Positions 1 through 11,995 are shown, counted from the first letter of the whole stretch. The stretch is 63,790 nucleotides of DNA, filler included, from Limisphaerales bacterium (GCA_044225505.1; 8 parts of 8 records of this genome joined end to end with filler, not necessarily neighbours in it), one strand, 5' to 3'. A program made the numbers and translations. Notes: generated from the sequence alone by a model not told the origin.

Positions 1-305
1 GGATTCAAGGAACGGGTGTGCCGCCGACGGAACAGACGGCGCATCGGAAGTCGGTTTAGACGCTTGGTGTCGCCCCTGGAGGGCGGCGCGTGCCGACTGC
101 GCGGTATTTGCGGTTTCGGCACCGACGACCGACTCCACACCATCGCAGCGTCTGCAGTTACGGGGCCACGGGTGAGCGAATCCGAAACCAGGCGAACGCC
201 GGCTTCACGCCTTCCACTGGGCTTTTACCTTGACTTCAACGGGTGCCTAGATCATTAACCGCGTCCGTAGTAGCGGTTCTCACGGCACAGTGCCAAGCAA
301 AGGTT

Positions 306-1841
306 ATGAATTTGTTCCGTCGCAAAAGTGTAACTGCGCTCCAAGCGGAAGCCCTCACCGACCAAAGCCTCAAGCGTGTTTTGGGCCCGCTGAATCTCAC
401 CATGCTCGGGGTGGGCGCGATCATTGGCACAGGCATCTTCGTCTTGACCGGCACCGTCGCGGCCCAAAACGCGGGACCGGCAGTGATTCTTTCCTTCATT
501 ATCGCTGGTATCGTTTCGGTGTTTGCGGCGCTTTGTTACAGTGAATTTGCCTCGCTGGTCCCGATGGCCGGCAGCGCTTACACGTATGGTTATGCGACCT
601 TAGGCGAGTTTTTCGCATGGATCATCGGTTGGGATCTCATCCTCGAATATGCGGTCGGTGCAATTACAGTGGCGATCGGCTGGTCGGGCTACATGGTCTC
701 GTTCTTAAATGGTTTGGGAATTCACATCCCACCTGAGCTGTCCGCCGCGGCGGGGACCCACCTGGTTCAGCTGCAGGGTGGTGAATGGAGGGCGGTCTCA
801 ACCCAGTTGTTCGACCATTTGCGCTCGACCGGAGTGGATCCGACCGCACTGCCGCAAGTGACCGCGCTGTTTAATTTACCTGCCGTGATCATCATTGCCC
901 TGGTCACCACGTTGCTGGTCGTCGGCATCAAGGAATCAGCGGGGTTCAACAACCTGATCGTGTTTGTCAAAATCGGGGTCGTCTTGCTGTTTATCTTCGG
1001 GGCGTTCAGCGCTATTCAGTCTGCGAACTGGCATCCGTTCATTCCGGCGAATACGGGCGCGCGTGAGCATTTCGGATGGAGCGGCGTCATGGCAGGGGCT
1101 GGCGTGGTATTTTTCGCTTACATCGGGTTTGACGCTGTCAGCACGGCCGCGCAGGAAGCGAAAAATCCGAAACGCGACATGCCAATCGGCATTATTGGGT
1201 CGCTGCTGATCTGCACAGTTCTCTATATCTTGGTCTCAGCGATTGCGACCGGCGTGGTGCCATATCGTGAACTCGATGTGCCGGATCCGATTGCCGTCGC
1301 GGCCGATCGCGCGGGTATGCGCTGGATGGCAGAATTGATCAAGCTTGGCGCAATCGCGGGTTTGTCGTCGGTCATCTTGGTGATGATGCTCGGCCAAACG
1401 CGGGTGCTTTGGACGATGTCCAAAGACGGACTGCTTCCGCCTTTCATCAGCCAGGTTCACCCGCGCTTCAAGACCCCGTGGGTCGTGACCATCGCCACGG
1501 GGATTTGCGTGGCGATTTTCTCCGCAATTTTTACCGTGCGCGAAGCGGGCAACCTCTGCTCAATCGGGACGCTGCTGGCGTTCGTGATTGTCTCCGTCGC
1601 GGTTCTCGTTCTAAGAGTCCGCGAGCCAAACTTGCCCAGGGCTTTTACCACGCCGATGGTGTGGGTAGTTGCTCCGCTCGGAGCGCTCTCCGCACTCTAC
1701 CTGATGATCTCGCTGCCTTGGACGACGTGGGTTCGATTGCTCGTCTGGTTTGCCATTGGGATGGTCGTCTACTTCACTTACAGCGTTCGTCACAGCCGTT
1801 TGGCAGCAGGACCTGGGCAAAAGCCTGCGATCAAGTCGTAA
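306..1841 (+). CDS. APC-superfamily amino acid permease (cationic amino acid transporter-like)
   Basis: About 12-14 hydrophobic segments; motifs GAIIGTGIF, ALCYSEFASLVPMAGSAYTY, FFAYIGFDAVST. ATG at 306 chosen over the ORF-track start at 243. Confidence 0.92.
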   Translation: MNLFRRKSVTALQAEALTDQSLKRVLGPLNLTMLGVGAIIGTGIFVLTGTVAAQNAGPAVILSFIIAGIVSVFAALCYSEFASLVPMAGSAYTYGYATLGEFFAWIIGWDLILEYAVGAITVAIGWSGYMVSFLNGLGIHIPPELSAAAGTHLVQLQGGEWRAVSTQLFDHLRSTGVDPTALPQVTALFNLPAVIIIALVTTLLVVGIKESAGFNNLIVFVKIGVVLLFIFGAFSAIQSANWHPFIPANTGAREHFGWSGVMAGAGVVFFAYIGFDAVSTAAQEAKNPKRDMPIGIIGSLLICTVLYILVSAIATGVVPYRELDVPDPIAVAADRAGMRWMAELIKLGAIAGLSSVILVMMLGQTRVLWTMSKDGLLPPFISQVHPRFKTPWVVTIATGICVAIFSAIFTVREAGNLCSIGTLLAFVIVSVAVLVLRVREPNLPRAFTTPMVWVVAPLGALSALYLMISLPWTTWVRLLVWFAIGMVVYFTYSVRHSRLAAGPGQKPAIKS

Positions 1842-1901
1842 GACCGAGGATGGTCCGCTTTATTGGGTGGGTTGCGGCTTCGCTTCCGGACGTCCCAACG
1901 A

Positions 1902-2705
1902 CTATTCCGCCGCTTGGACGATGTATCCGCCAGATTTTGGATCCGGCTCGAGCTTCAGCATCTTGCGCTTCTGCGCTTCCAGGAGGAGGTCGTTGAAAGA
2001 CCGGAATCCATAGGCGCGCTCGTTGAAGCCAGGGTTCCGCCGCTTGATCGCCTGTTTGATCATCGATCCCCAGATCCGCTCGTCTTCCTCACGCTCTCCC
2101 GTAATTGCTTCGAAGGTTTCCGCGATGAGATCCAGCGCTTTGTCCAACGAGGGGCCTTTGGCGTCGCCGTCCGCCGGTTTGGCGGCACTCTGCGCGCTCG
2201 AGCTGCCCCGCCGCGGTTTGGCGGGCTCGGGACGAACGAGATCGTCGTAGTAAATGAATTGGTCGCAGTTGTTGATGAACAGATCGGAGCTCGATTTCTT
2301 AACGCCGACCCCGATGACGGTTTTCGCATTTTCCCGCAGTTTGCTGACGAGTGGGGAAAAATCGGAGTCTCCGCTGATGATAACGAACGTATCGACGTGG
2401 CCTTTGGTATAGCAAAGGTCCAACGCGTCAACCACCATGCGAATATCAGCGGAGTTTTTGCCAGATTGGCGCAGATGCGGAATCTCGATCAGCTCGAAGG
2501 CGGTTTCGTGGAGATCACGTTTGAACTCTTTGTAGCGGTCAAAGTCGCAATACGCCTTTTTGACGACGATGTGCCCTTTGAGGAGCAGCCGCTCAATGAC
2601 CTTTTGGATATCGAAACGCGGATAATGCGCTTCCCGGGCGCCAAGCGCGATGTTTTCGAGGTCGAGAAACACCGCCATGGTGGCATCGGTATCGTGGCTG
2701 CTCAT
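1902..2705 (-). CDS. NYN-domain (LabA/DUF88, PIN-like) protein with C-terminal OST-HTH/LOTUS domain
   Basis: AVFLDLEN, GKNSADIRMVVDA and ISGDSDFSPLV motifs; C-terminal GSMIKQAIKRRNPGFNERAYGFRSFNDLL. Confidence 0.9.
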   Translation of the reverse strand: MSSHDTDATMAVFLDLENIALGAREAHYPRFDIQKVIERLLLKGHIVVKKAYCDFDRYKEFKRDLHETAFELIEIPHLRQSGKNSADIRMVVDALDLCYTKGHVDTFVIISGDSDFSPLVSKLRENAKTVIGVGVKKSSSDLFINNCDQFIYYDDLVRPEPAKPRRGSSSAQSAAKPADGDAKGPSLDKALDLIAETFEAITGEREEDERIWGSMIKQAIKRRNPGFNERAYGFRSFNDLLLEAQKRKMLKLEPDPKSGGYIVQAAE

Positions 2706-2872
2706 TCCTGGGCGGAGCCTAGCATTTGGGGTTATTCAATGACAGCTTAAACATTCGTGAGCGCACCCATGGCTCTGGGAAGCCTCCGTCCGCTTGGAAA
2801 CCCGACCAAAGATTCAGATGACGGCCGAGAGGACTTACGGTAGTATGCCGCGACCAGAATCCTTTCCAGGCC

Positions 2873-5800
2873 ATGAATTTGCTGCCACAAACTTGGGTGC
2901 GATGGGGATGCGGTTGGACCGCAGCCTTGTTGTTGCTCGTTCGCCCCTCCGCAAGCGCTGCCGCGGTTGATTTTCAACGGGATATCGAACCGATTCTCGT
3001 TAAACGCTGTTCCGAATGTCACGGACCCGATTCCCAAAAGGGCAAGCTGCGTCTCGATAAGAAGGAGGCGGCGTTGCGCGGCGGCAAGTCTGGCAAGCCG
3101 TTGTTGGTTCCGGGAAAAAGTGGTGAGAGTGAGTTGATCGCCCGGGTTACCACGACCGACTCCGATGATGTCATGCCGGCAAAAGGGGCGCGACTGACCG
3201 ATGACCAAATCGACCTTCTGAAGCGTTGGATTGACCAAGGCGCAATTTGGCCTGAACAAGATGCCACCAAACATTGGTCGTTTGTCAAACCGGCGCGACC
3301 GGAACTTCCTTCCGTCCGAGACTTTCCGGCCGTCCGAAATGATATCGACCGTTTCATTCTCGCCCGCTTGGAACGGGAGGGTTTAAAGCCGACGCCCGAG
3401 GCGGACCGCGCCACCCTCATCCGACGTTTGAGCTTGGACCTCACGGGATTGCCCCCGAGCGTTGCGGAAGTCGACGCGTTTGTTCGGGACACAAGTTCGG
3501 ATGCTTACGAGCAGTTGGTAGATCGGCTATTGCGCTCTCCCCACTACGGAGAGCACATCGCGCGTTGGTGGTTCGACCTGGCGCGTTATGCGGATTCGAA
3601 CGGCTATCAAGTCGATTTGGCGCGCTCGATCTGGCCGTACCGGGACTGGGTCATCCAAGCTTGCAACGAGAACAAACCGTTTGATGAGTTTACGGTCGAG
3701 CAGCTCGCGGGTGACCTTCTGCCCAATCCAACGCTGCAACAGAAGATCGCGACTGGATTTAACCGGAACACTAAGATCAACGATGAAGGAGGCGGCGACG
3801 CCGAGGAATACCGCACCAAAGCGGTCAAGGACCGTGTCGCGACGACCGCGACAACCTGGTTGGGGCTGACCATGATGTGTGCGGAATGTCACACTCACAA
3901 ATACGATCCGATCACGCAGGAGGAATACTACCGGTTTTACGCCGTCTTCAACAACACGGCGGACGGGGGCAACTATAGCGTTGAACCGACCGTCTCGGTG
4001 CCGGCACCGCCTCTTCAAGGGCGCGTGGCCTATCTGCATCAACAAATCGCCCTAACGCGCAAGGAATTGGCACGGGTCGAAACAACCTTGGACGAGGAAC
4101 AAGACCGTTGGGAAAAGCGTATGGGATCGGTCGGGCAAGTTTGGCATCCCCTGACACTCTCAAATCTCATTTCCACAGGCGGCGCCGCACTGACGAATCT
4201 CCCGGATAGATCTGTTCTCTCCGCGGGGCTAAACCCAATCTACGACACCGTGACCATGGAGGCAGAGACGGATCTCGCTGGTGTGACGGCCATCCTGCTG
4301 GAAGCGCTCCCCGACCCCAGTTTGCCGAAAAATGGCCCGGGACGCTGGCGCGAGGGCAACTTTATCCTCGACGAATTCGCCGTTACCGCCGGCGCCAATG
4401 GCGGTGGACGAGCCGAATTAGTGACCTTAACGAACGCCGTGGCCGACTGGGAACAAGACTATTATCGGGCCGAGCACGCCCTTGATCGTAATCCCAAAAC
4501 CGGATGGGCCATCGGGCCTCAAATCGGTCAGCGGCATTTTCTGATCGCTCGAACCAAAGACCCGATTGGAACCTCAGCCGGGACGAAGCTCGGCTTTCGC
4601 TTCGATTCCTACCACGGCAATAGCCACACGATCGGCCGAATGCGCATTTCCGTGACAACGGAAAAAGACCCCGATGCTCTATGGCCCGTCACGGAGGAGA
4701 TCACAGCGGTGCTACGAACCCCGAAAGCGGATCGCACCGACGCGCAGCGCCGCGACTTGCGTGCGTATTTCCGAACGGTCTCGCCGTCCGTTCGCCGCTT
4801 GGAACGTGAGCTCGTTCGACTCAATCAACGCGAAAGTGAACTGGCGGCGATCAAATACTCGACGCTCGTCATGCAGGAACGCACCGAAGCGTCTCGCCCG
4901 AACTACATCCATGTGCGCGGCAATTTCCTGGAGAAAGGGAAAGAAGTGGTGCCTGGTGTGCCGTCCTTCTTGAATCCGTTTCCGCCGAATACTCCGACCA
5001 ACCGCTTGGGTTTAGCCCGTTGGTTGGTCAGTCCGGATAATCCGCTCACGGCCCGGGTGACGGTAAACCGACTTTGGGAGCGCTTTTTTGGCATTGGCCT
5101 CGTGAAGACGAGCGACGATTTCGGCCGGCAAGGCGAGGTGCCCGTCAACCCGGAATTGTTAGATTGGCTCGCCACGGAGTTCGTCCGCACAGGATGGGAT
5201 CTTAAAGCGATGCAGAAATTGCTCGTCCTATCCGCGACCTACCGGCAGGCCTCAACCTGTTCTGATCAACTGCTGGAGAAAGATCCTTACAATCGGTTGT
5301 TGGCCCGGGGACCACGCTTCCGACTCGATGCTGAGGCGATCCGGGACCAAGCGCTCGCGGTGAGCGGCTTGTTGAATCCGGAAATGGGCGGCCCGAGCGT
5401 CTATCCTGTGCAACCGCCGAATCTCTGGAAAGAAATCGGCTTCTTGCGCCCGGAGATTGGCATGGACGAATGGCCTACCAGCCAGGGCCCGGAGCTTTAC
5501 CGGCGGGCGGTTTATACATTTTGGCGGCGCGTCTGCACTTACCCCACGTTTGCGACCTTTGACGCTCCCAGCCGGGATGTGTGCGTCGCCCGTCGCCCGA
5601 GGACTAATACCCCGCTTCAAGCTTTGGCAGGGTTAAACGAACCCACCTTCCTGGAAGCCGCGCGTGTCTTTGGTCAGCGAATTATGAATGAAGGCGGCAA
5701 CAGCGTTACCGAGCAACTCGAGTTCGCGTTCCGCCTTTGTGTTTCGCGATTGCCCACCGAGGCTGAAATGCAACGGCTTCGTTCCCTTTACAAACAACAG

Positions 5801-5956
5801 CTCGATGGATATCGCGCGGACCCGCAAGCAGCAGAGGCGTTGTTGCAGGTCGGGTCTGCCAAACGAGCGCCTCAGCTCGCGGGCCCTGAACTTGCAGCCT
5901 GGACGATGGTCGCCAACGTCCTCTTGAACCTCGATGAAACGCTTACCAAAGGTTAA
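2873..5956 (+). CDS. Planctomycete cytochrome c / DUF1549 / DUF1553 (PSD1) protein
   Basis: Signal peptide, CSECH heme motif, [55 protein letters not shown]. Confidence 0.92.
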   Translation: MNLLPQTWVRWGCGWTAALLLLVRPSASAAAVDFQRDIEPILVKRCSECHGPDSQKGKLRLDKKEAALRGGKSGKPLLVPGKSGESELIARVTTTDSDDVMPAKGARLTDDQIDLLKRWIDQGAIWPEQDATKHWSFVKPARPELPSVRDFPAVRNDIDRFILARLEREGLKPTPEADRATLIRRLSLDLTGLPPSVAEVDAFVRDTSSDAYEQLVDRLLRSPHYGEHIARWWFDLARYADSNGYQVDLARSIWPYRDWVIQACNENKPFDEFTVEQLAGDLLPNPTLQQKIATGFNRNTKINDEGGGDAEEYRTKAVKDRVATTATTWLGLTMMCAECHTHKYDPITQEEYYRFYAVFNNTADGGNYSVEPTVSVPAPPLQGRVAYLHQQIALTRKELARVETTLDEEQDRWEKRMGSVGQVWHPLTLSNLISTGGAALTNLPDRSVLSAGLNPIYDTVTMEAETDLAGVTAILLEALPDPSLPKNGPGRWREGNFILDEFAVTAGANGGGRAELVTLTNAVADWEQDYYRAEHALDRNPKTGWAIGPQIGQRHFLIARTKDPIGTSAGTKLGFRFDSYHGNSHTIGRMRISVTTEKDPDALWPVTEEITAVLRTPKADRTDAQRRDLRAYFRTVSPSVRRLERELVRLNQRESELAAIKYSTLVMQERTEASRPNYIHVRGNFLEKGKEVVPGVPSFLNPFPPNTPTNRLGLARWLVSPDNPLTARVTVNRLWERFFGIGLVKTSDDFGRQGEVPVNPELLDWLATEFVRTGWDLKAMQKLLVLSATYRQASTCSDQLLEKDPYNRLLARGPRFRLDAEAIRDQALAVSGLLNPEMGGPSVYPVQPPNLWKEIGFLRPEIGMDEWPTSQGPELYRRAVYTFWRRVCTYPTFATFDAPSRDVCVARRPRTNTPLQALAGLNEPTFLEAARVFGQRIMNEGGNSVTEQLEFAFRLCVSRLPTEAEMQRLRSLYKQQLDGYRADPQAAEALLQVGSAKRAPQLAGPELAAWTMVANVLLNLDETLTKG

Positions 5957-6000
5957 CCTGCGCTGCAACCAACGCACCGCTTGAAGCTCTCACTCGCCCT

Positions 6001-7455
6001 ATGAAATCTGAAATTGCAGCGGCCACACTCACGGACCGGCTTCGAACGGTAACGCGCCGTCGGTTCATTCAGCAATGCGGGACAGGAATGGGGGCGTTGG
6101 CGCTGGCCTCCTTGTTGAATGGCCGTCTGCACGGGGAAGGACCGAAACCGACTCCGGGACTCTTAGGGCCTCACTTCGCGCCCAAGGCCAAGAATATTAT
6201 CTATCTCTTCATGTCGGGCGGGCCGTCGCATCTGGACCTGTTCGATTACAAACCTGAGTTGGTCAAGCGCTCCGGTCAGAAGACTCCGGAGGAGTTGGTG
6301 AAGAACATCCGCCTCGCTCAGATTGGCAAGGACGCGAAACTTTTGGGGACCAACTACAAGTTTGCCCAGTACGGGAAGTCGGGCGTCTGGCTTTCCGAAC
6401 TGTTGCCCAATCTCCAGCGCGCGGTGGACGACGTTTGTTTTGTGCAGAGCTTCTATTCCGAAGCGTTCAATCACGATCCAGCCACGCTTTTCATGAACAC
6501 GGGCGCCCAGTTGGCTGGGCGGCCGAGCATGGGTTCCTGGTTCAGTTACGGACTGGGCAGCGAGAACAAAGATTTGCCCGCATTTGTGGTTTTGATGACC
6601 GGAGTGGGGCAACCATTGACCGTGAATGCTTGGGGGAGCGGGTTTCTCCCGACGATGCATCAAGGCGTTCAGTTACGGTCGCAGGGCGAACCCGTCCTGT
6701 TCGTGGCGAACCCGCCCGGGGTCAACCCGGAGCGGCGCCGGCAGTCGCTGGACGCGATCCGAGATCTCAATCAAATGCGCTATGACGCGCTCCGAGATCC
6801 CGAGATTCAGACGCGCATTGCCGCGTATGAAATGGCTTATCGCATGCAAACGAGCGTGCCGGACGTCATGGATATTTCGAAGGAACCCGAAGCAATGCAG
6901 GAACGCTACGGGACGACCCCTGGCCGAGCTTCGTTCGCCAACAACTGCTTGCTCGCCCGCAGGCTGGTCGAACGTGGGGTCCGCTTCGTGCAGCTGTACC
7001 ACCGCGGCTGGGATCATCACGGTGGGCCCGACGGTAACCTGGTCTATGATTTGAAAAAGCGCTGTTTGGAGACGGATCAAGCTTCCATTGCGCTGGTTCA
7101 AGATCTCAAGGAGCGTGGCTTGCTCGATTCCACACTGGTCGTTTGGGGGGGCGAATTCGGCCGCACGCCCATGATGCAAGGCGACTTGAAGCCCGATCAA
7201 CTGGGCCGAGATCATCATCCCCATGGGTATACCATCTGGATGGCCGGCGGCGGGATTAAACCGGGCATCGTTTATGGCAAGACCGATGAGTTCGGCTTTT
7301 ACGCGGCGGAGAACAAGGTGCATGTGCATGACCTGCACGCGACGATTCTCCATTTGTTCGGGCTCGAGCATACGCAACTGACGTATCGATTCCAGGGCCG
7401 TGATTTCCGTCTGACCGATGTGCACGGCGAAGTGGTGAAGGGGTTGCTCGCTTGA
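6001..7455 (+). CDS. DUF1501 domain protein, Tat-type leader
   Basis: TRRRFIQ twin-Arg leader; [51 protein letters not shown]. Confidence 0.92.
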   Translation: MKSEIAAATLTDRLRTVTRRRFIQQCGTGMGALALASLLNGRLHGEGPKPTPGLLGPHFAPKAKNIIYLFMSGGPSHLDLFDYKPELVKRSGQKTPEELVKNIRLAQIGKDAKLLGTNYKFAQYGKSGVWLSELLPNLQRAVDDVCFVQSFYSEAFNHDPATLFMNTGAQLAGRPSMGSWFSYGLGSENKDLPAFVVLMTGVGQPLTVNAWGSGFLPTMHQGVQLRSQGEPVLFVANPPGVNPERRRQSLDAIRDLNQMRYDALRDPEIQTRIAAYEMAYRMQTSVPDVMDISKEPEAMQERYGTTPGRASFANNCLLARRLVERGVRFVQLYHRGWDHHGGPDGNLVYDLKKRCLETDQASIALVQDLKERGLLDSTLVVWGGEFGRTPMMQGDLKPDQLGRDHHPHGYTIWMAGGGIKPGIVYGKTDEFGFYAAENKVHVHDLHATILHLFGLEHTQLTYRFQGRDFRLTDVHGEVVKGLLA

Positions 7456-7503
7456 CCCGATGTTTTCATTGCGGTTGTTGCGAGCGGCGTTAAGGTCTGG
7501 GCC

Positions 7504-7923
7504 GTGAAACTTTCCGTGAAGAGCGATTACGCGGCACGGGCCGTCCTCGGCCTGTCGCGGCAGTTCGCTTCTGGAGTGGCCGTGCGTGCCGACGATCTCG
7601 CGGAGGAGCAGGGGATCCCGGTCAATTACCTGGTGCAGATTCTCATCGAGCTTAAATCCGCACAGATCGTTCGTAGTCAGCGTGGCAAGGAAGGCGGATA
7701 CCTGCTGGCACGTCCCCCAGCGGCGATCACATTTGGCGACGTGCTCCGGGCGATCCACGGTCAACTGTTCGACACCCCGGCATTGGGCGATCCACGGTGC
7801 CCGACCGAATTGCGCGAGGCATGGCGCCGGCTGCAATGCACATTGGACAAGGCGGCGGACGACGTCACTTTTCAACAGCTGGCCGAAGCGAGCGAAGACA
7901 AAGGAAAGATGTACTACATCTGA
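7504..7923 (+). CDS. Rrf2-family transcriptional regulator (CymR-like)
   Basis: MKLSVKSDYA, IPVNYLVQIL and SQRGKEGGYLLARPP motifs; ends MYYI; the IscR three-Cys set is absent. Confidence 0.9.
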   Translation: MKLSVKSDYAARAVLGLSRQFASGVAVRADDLAEEQGIPVNYLVQILIELKSAQIVRSQRGKEGGYLLARPPAAITFGDVLRAIHGQLFDTPALGDPRCPTELREAWRRLQCTLDKAADDVTFQQLAEASEDKGKMYYI

Positions 7924-7941
7924 CTCCGCCTTCCGCATCGA

Positions 7942-8679
7942 GGTCGGAGTCGGAATCGGAATCGGGATCGTTCCGGGAAATTCCATATTCCTCCGATTCA
8001 ATGCCGTGCAGCACGGGACACATTCAACCGCATGGCCAGATCCAATGCCTGACGTTTTCGAACCCGATGCCGATACCGACCCCGACCCCGAGGAACATGC
8101 CGCCGTAGCCAGTGCTTTCCGGCAACGGTGCGTTCTTGCCGCGAAGGGCGCAAAGAACTGATTCAACCGCAGGGAGCGCAGAGAGCGCAAAAGAGAGTAT
8201 CTCTGGTGCGGAAGCTGCGGTCACGTTCGACGCGCTTGGTACGTTGGCCAGGCTGCCATGGTCCCATCACCGTCGGTTCGGCATCATCGACCTGCCCTGA
8301 TTTCCCGGTTTTCGGTCGGGGTCGGAATCGGAATCGGAATCGTTCGGGAAAATTCCATATTCCTCCGATTCAATGCCGTGCAGCACGGGACACATTCAAC
8401 CGCATGGCCAGATCCAATGCCTGTGGTTTTCGATCCCGATGCCGATACCGACCCCGACCCCGAGGAACATGCCGCCGTAGCCAGTGCCTTCCGGCAACGG
8501 TGCGTTCTTGGCGCGAAGGGCGCAAAGAACTGATTCAACCGTAGGGAGCGCAGAGAGCGCAAAAGAGAGTATCTCTGGTGCGGAAGCTGCGGTCACGTTC
8601 GACGCGCTTGGCGCGTTGGCCAGGCTGCCATGGTCCCATCACCGTCGATTCGGCATCATCGACCTGCCCTGATTTCCCG
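7942..8679. repeat. 372-bp tandem repeat (two copies, second cut by the contig end), each with 29-bp inverted arms
   Basis: Copies start at 7942 and 8314 and differ by roughly a dozen substitutions. Arms at 7942-7970/8059-8087 and 8314-8342/8431-8459. Confidence 0.95.
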
Positions 8680-8779
8680 NNNNNNNNNNNNNNNNNNNNN
8701 NNNNNNNNNNNNNNNNNNNNNNNTTAATTAATTAANNNNNNNNNNNNNNNNNNNNNNNNNNNNNNNNNNNNNNNNNNNN
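8680..8779. other. Artificial contig linker
   Basis: 44 N + TTAATTAATTAA (stops in all frames) + 44 N. Confidence 0.99.
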
Positions 8780-8940
8780 CGACGCCCGTCCACTGGACGC
8801 GTGACCCGCTTTTGGCTTCGTCGGACCACAGCAAGATCATGAATCGGGAGAGCCAGTGGTGACAAATTGTCTCCGAATGTGCGACATCTGAACCGGCGGC
8901 CGACGATCGGTTTCCGTCGTCGGCGCATACCGGAGCGAGA

Positions 8941-11013
8941 TTAGCCGGGGGACCGGAGTTTTGGCTCGCGATCCCAGACGCGACCCAACTTGGCTTGCTT
9001 GAGATAATTTGGAATCGACCGATTTTCGCGGATCTCGATCACGCCTTCGTCCGCTTGCACACCGGCGCGGTCCAGGAGCGCTTGCGCCGGGGCCGTAAAT
9101 CCAATGACCTTGAGATGACCGAAGGCGTCGCGCACCCAATCGATTGCGGCGGCCTCACTTAACAGCGGTTGAATTCCGGCTTCCGACGCCAGAATGACCA
9201 CGGCGTCGAAGAAAACCGAGGGGGCGCCAGATAAGGAATGCGCCGCGGGCTGCAATACCCCAGCAGAATCTTTGGCTCCGCCGACCTTGGGAGCAATAAT
9301 GGCTAAACTGCATTTCTCGGTCTTCAACGCTCTGCGCAAGGCTTCGAGCAACGATGGATCAAAGCCGTCGGTGAGGAGCACGCCGATCTTTCGGCCGCGC
9401 AACGTTGGTTGGGCCTTCTTGACCAGACTTAGGGCGTCCGAGGGTTTCAAATCCCGCGGTGGGACGGCCGGAGTGATTTTATCCGCCTGGCCGCGCATCC
9501 CTAAGGCCTCCTCCACCTGCCGCTGCAAATCGGGATCGATTAGCCCCAAGTGGCCGAGCACGCGCGTGCGGATTGGGTTAAGGTCCACCTTGGCGAGTTC
9601 AAACCCCAGCGCGCTGACCATGTGACGCTTCTCGATGTCGCTCATGGATCGATAGAACAGTCGGGCTTGCGAGTAGTGATCCGCGAATGTTTCCGTTCGC
9701 AGCACGGACTTCTGTCCGGAGACCGCCTCGGGAAACGTTTTATAGCCAAACGAAGGGTTTTCCCGTGGACCTGAGGGGTCGATTGAATTCGGCTCGTAGT
9801 TGGCCCGGCCTTTGGGCACTTGCATTTGATGCATCCCATCGCGCTGCTGATTATGAAACGGACAGCGTGGCGCATTCACTGGCAGTTGGTGGAAGTTAGG
9901 CCCGCCCAGGCGGCTGAGTTGTGTATCCAAGTAGGAAAAGAGCCGGCCCTGCAGCAAAGGATCATTGGTGAACCCGATTCCAGGCACGATGTTCGCCGGG
10001 CAAAAGGCGACCTGTTCCGTCTCGGCAAAGAAGTTGTCCACGTTCCGGTTCAACACCATCCGTCCAACCGGGCGTAAAGGAATGATCTCTTCGGGGATCA
10101 GTTTCGTGGCGTCGAGCACATCAAAGTCCAGGCTGTCGGCGGTCTTCTGGTCAAAGACCTGAAAGCTGAGTTCCCATTCGGGAAAGTTTCCTGATTCGAT
10201 CGCTTCCCAGAGGTCGCGGCGATGAAAGTCTGGGTCAGCTCCGTTAATCTTCACGGCTTCATCCCAGACGACAGACGCGGAACCGAGGGTGGGACGCCAA
10301 TGGAATTTGACGAAGTGCGATTCGCCTTCCGCATTGATCAGACGAAACGTGTGGACGCCGAAACCCTCCATCATCCGCAGCGAGCGTGGAATGGTGCGAT
10401 CGGACATGATCCAGGCCACCATGTGCATGCTCTCCGGGGTTAGGGAGATGAAGTCCCAGAAAGTGTCATGGGCGGTGGCGGCTTGAGGAAACCCGCGGTC
10501 GGCCTCCATTTTGACGGCATGCACCAGATCCGGGAACTTGATCGCATCCTGGATAAAAAAGACGGGAATATTATTGCCTACCATGTCGAAGTTACCTTCC
10601 GACGTGTAAAACTTGACGGCAAACCCGCGCACATCGCGCGGCATATCGCCGGAGCCTGCGCCACCCGCGACGGTCGAGAAGCGCGCAAAAACCTCCGTCT
10701 TCAGTTTGGCATCCTGAAGAAACGCGGCGGTGGTGATGTCCGCGCACGACTGATAACACTCAAAATAGCCGTGCGCACCCGAGCCGCGCGCGTGCACGAT
10801 GCGCTCGGGAATTCGTTCATGGTCAAAGTGCGTGATCTTTTCGCGCAACACGAAGTCTTCCAGCAGCACGGGACCACGCGAACTGGCTTTGAGCGAATTT
10901 TGGTTATCGGCGATGGGAATGCCTTGATTCGTGCGCAGCGCTTGTTTGGGCGAGTCCGTGGTTTGATGAGTTTCAGCGGGACCTGAGGTGGGTCGGTGGG
11001 ATGGTTTTGGCAT
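8941..11013 (-). CDS. katE: Large-subunit catalase HPII with C-terminal DJ-1/PfpI-like domain
   Basis: [15 protein letters not shown] active-site motif, RLFSYLDTQ heme-ligand motif, C-terminal [11 protein letters not shown] domain. ATG 11013 follows an AGGAAG; GTG 11019 is the alternative start. Confidence 0.93.
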   Translation of the reverse strand: MPKPSHRPTSGPAETHQTTDSPKQALRTNQGIPIADNQNSLKASSRGPVLLEDFVLREKITHFDHERIPERIVHARGSGAHGYFECYQSCADITTAAFLQDAKLKTEVFARFSTVAGGAGSGDMPRDVRGFAVKFYTSEGNFDMVGNNIPVFFIQDAIKFPDLVHAVKMEADRGFPQAATAHDTFWDFISLTPESMHMVAWIMSDRTIPRSLRMMEGFGVHTFRLINAEGESHFVKFHWRPTLGSASVVWDEAVKINGADPDFHRRDLWEAIESGNFPEWELSFQVFDQKTADSLDFDVLDATKLIPEEIIPLRPVGRMVLNRNVDNFFAETEQVAFCPANIVPGIGFTNDPLLQGRLFSYLDTQLSRLGGPNFHQLPVNAPRCPFHNQQRDGMHQMQVPKGRANYEPNSIDPSGPRENPSFGYKTFPEAVSGQKSVLRTETFADHYSQARLFYRSMSDIEKRHMVSALGFELAKVDLNPIRTRVLGHLGLIDPDLQRQVEEALGMRGQADKITPAVPPRDLKPSDALSLVKKAQPTLRGRKIGVLLTDGFDPSLLEALRRALKTEKCSLAIIAPKVGGAKDSAGVLQPAAHSLSGAPSVFFDAVVILASEAGIQPLLSEAAAIDWVRDAFGHLKVIGFTAPAQALLDRAGVQADEGVIEIRENRSIPNYLKQAKLGRVWDREPKLRSPG

Positions 11014-11876
11014 TGGCACTTCCTAAATTGATGAATCGATTCTCTGATCTACCGCTCCTGTCGTTTTCTCAAGAGTCGCCAACGGCCGATCCGAGACCGG
11101 CGCGACTTTGCGGAGCGGGCTCCAACTCCATCAAATCCTGGAGAGCTCCTGAATGTAATCGAGGATCACCTGAATTATTCCTCAAGTTCAGCCTGAGGGG
11201 CAGGAAATGAAGGGCCGCTTCGGCCTTCGCCGTCGGACCCTCCCGATGGATAAAGAGCCGCCGAAAAAACGAAGGAGGCGTGTCCATGTTGAGGCGGCAT
11301 CGGCTGGCAGAACCCGGGCCAACGAGTTTTGGCCAAGATTTTCGCTCATCGGTTGGCCATCCTCTGGGAGGAATCTGATAAGAACAAGGCGCCTGTGAAG
11401 CGTTCATATTAATCTCGCTTGCGTGTGCACGGGCCCACTTCTCAGTGGGTCTCGTTCCAATGGGAGTGCTTGATCAGGCGCTCGACGAGTGTGCGGTGGT
11501 GCGGGCGTGGGAACCGGCGATGGCCAGCAGCGAAAGCGGCTAAAGCCCTGGAAGCGAGGGGGGTAAACTACGTATTGGTTCGTTAAACCGTCAGAGCCGT
11601 AGCCGTTGAAGCCGAGCTATCGAGGTTTACGCGGAGCCGCGCTTGTTCTCTTCGCTCATGAAATCTGACCGTTTCGGGCTGCCAGACAGGAGGGACTAGC
11701 GAGGTGCCGTCCGCAAAACGTGGGTGCGGGCCGCCAAAGGTTACCAACGGTAGTGAGAAAAGGGTTTAACCTCTGTGTTCGATAATGTCCTGTTTCGGTA
11801 CATCGCCTGCAGCAGTGCCAAAAGACTCCCGGCCACAGGAATCGGAAGTCCTCGCTGTGAGGAGAACTCGCAGCCG

Positions 11877-11910
11877 CGTTAAGCAGTTTCAGCAACGTTA
11901 AGCAGTTTCA
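11877..11910. promoter_or_regulatory. 15-bp perfect direct repeat CGTTAAGCAGTTTCA, candidate operator
   Basis: Copies at 11877-11891 and 11896-11910, about 85 bp upstream of ATG 11996. The repeat is seen; the function is inferred. Confidence 0.35.
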
Positions 11911-11995
11911 ACGGCAATACGCCACCACTGTCGGTAGTCAATCCATTCGCAGTAGCAGCCCTTTGGCGGACGAGACGTTGTGTCCGCGATCAAGC

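Noticed and set aside
1902..2705. NYN/PIN nuclease as a defence or toxin system
   Set aside because: Stand-alone LabA/DUF88-type gene with no antitoxin or defence neighbours.
1863..2750. 295-aa plus-strand ORF
   Set aside because: Antisense shadow of the NYN gene, common in GC-rich DNA.
6673..8190. 505-aa minus-strand ORF
   Set aside because: Antisense shadow of DUF1501, Rrf2 and the repeat, with no motifs of its own.
7942..8679. Possible CRISPR array or repeat-encoded proteins (ORFs with GIGIGI or DTDPDP)
   Set aside because: Whole units repeat with no unique spacers and there are no cas genes. The ORFs are low-complexity read-throughs, and one frame is broken by a CAG-to-TAG change between copies.
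11500..11640. Possible c-di-GMP or other riboswitch near GCGAAAGC...TAAAGCC
   Set aside because: I could not build the required paired stems and conserved positions by eye.
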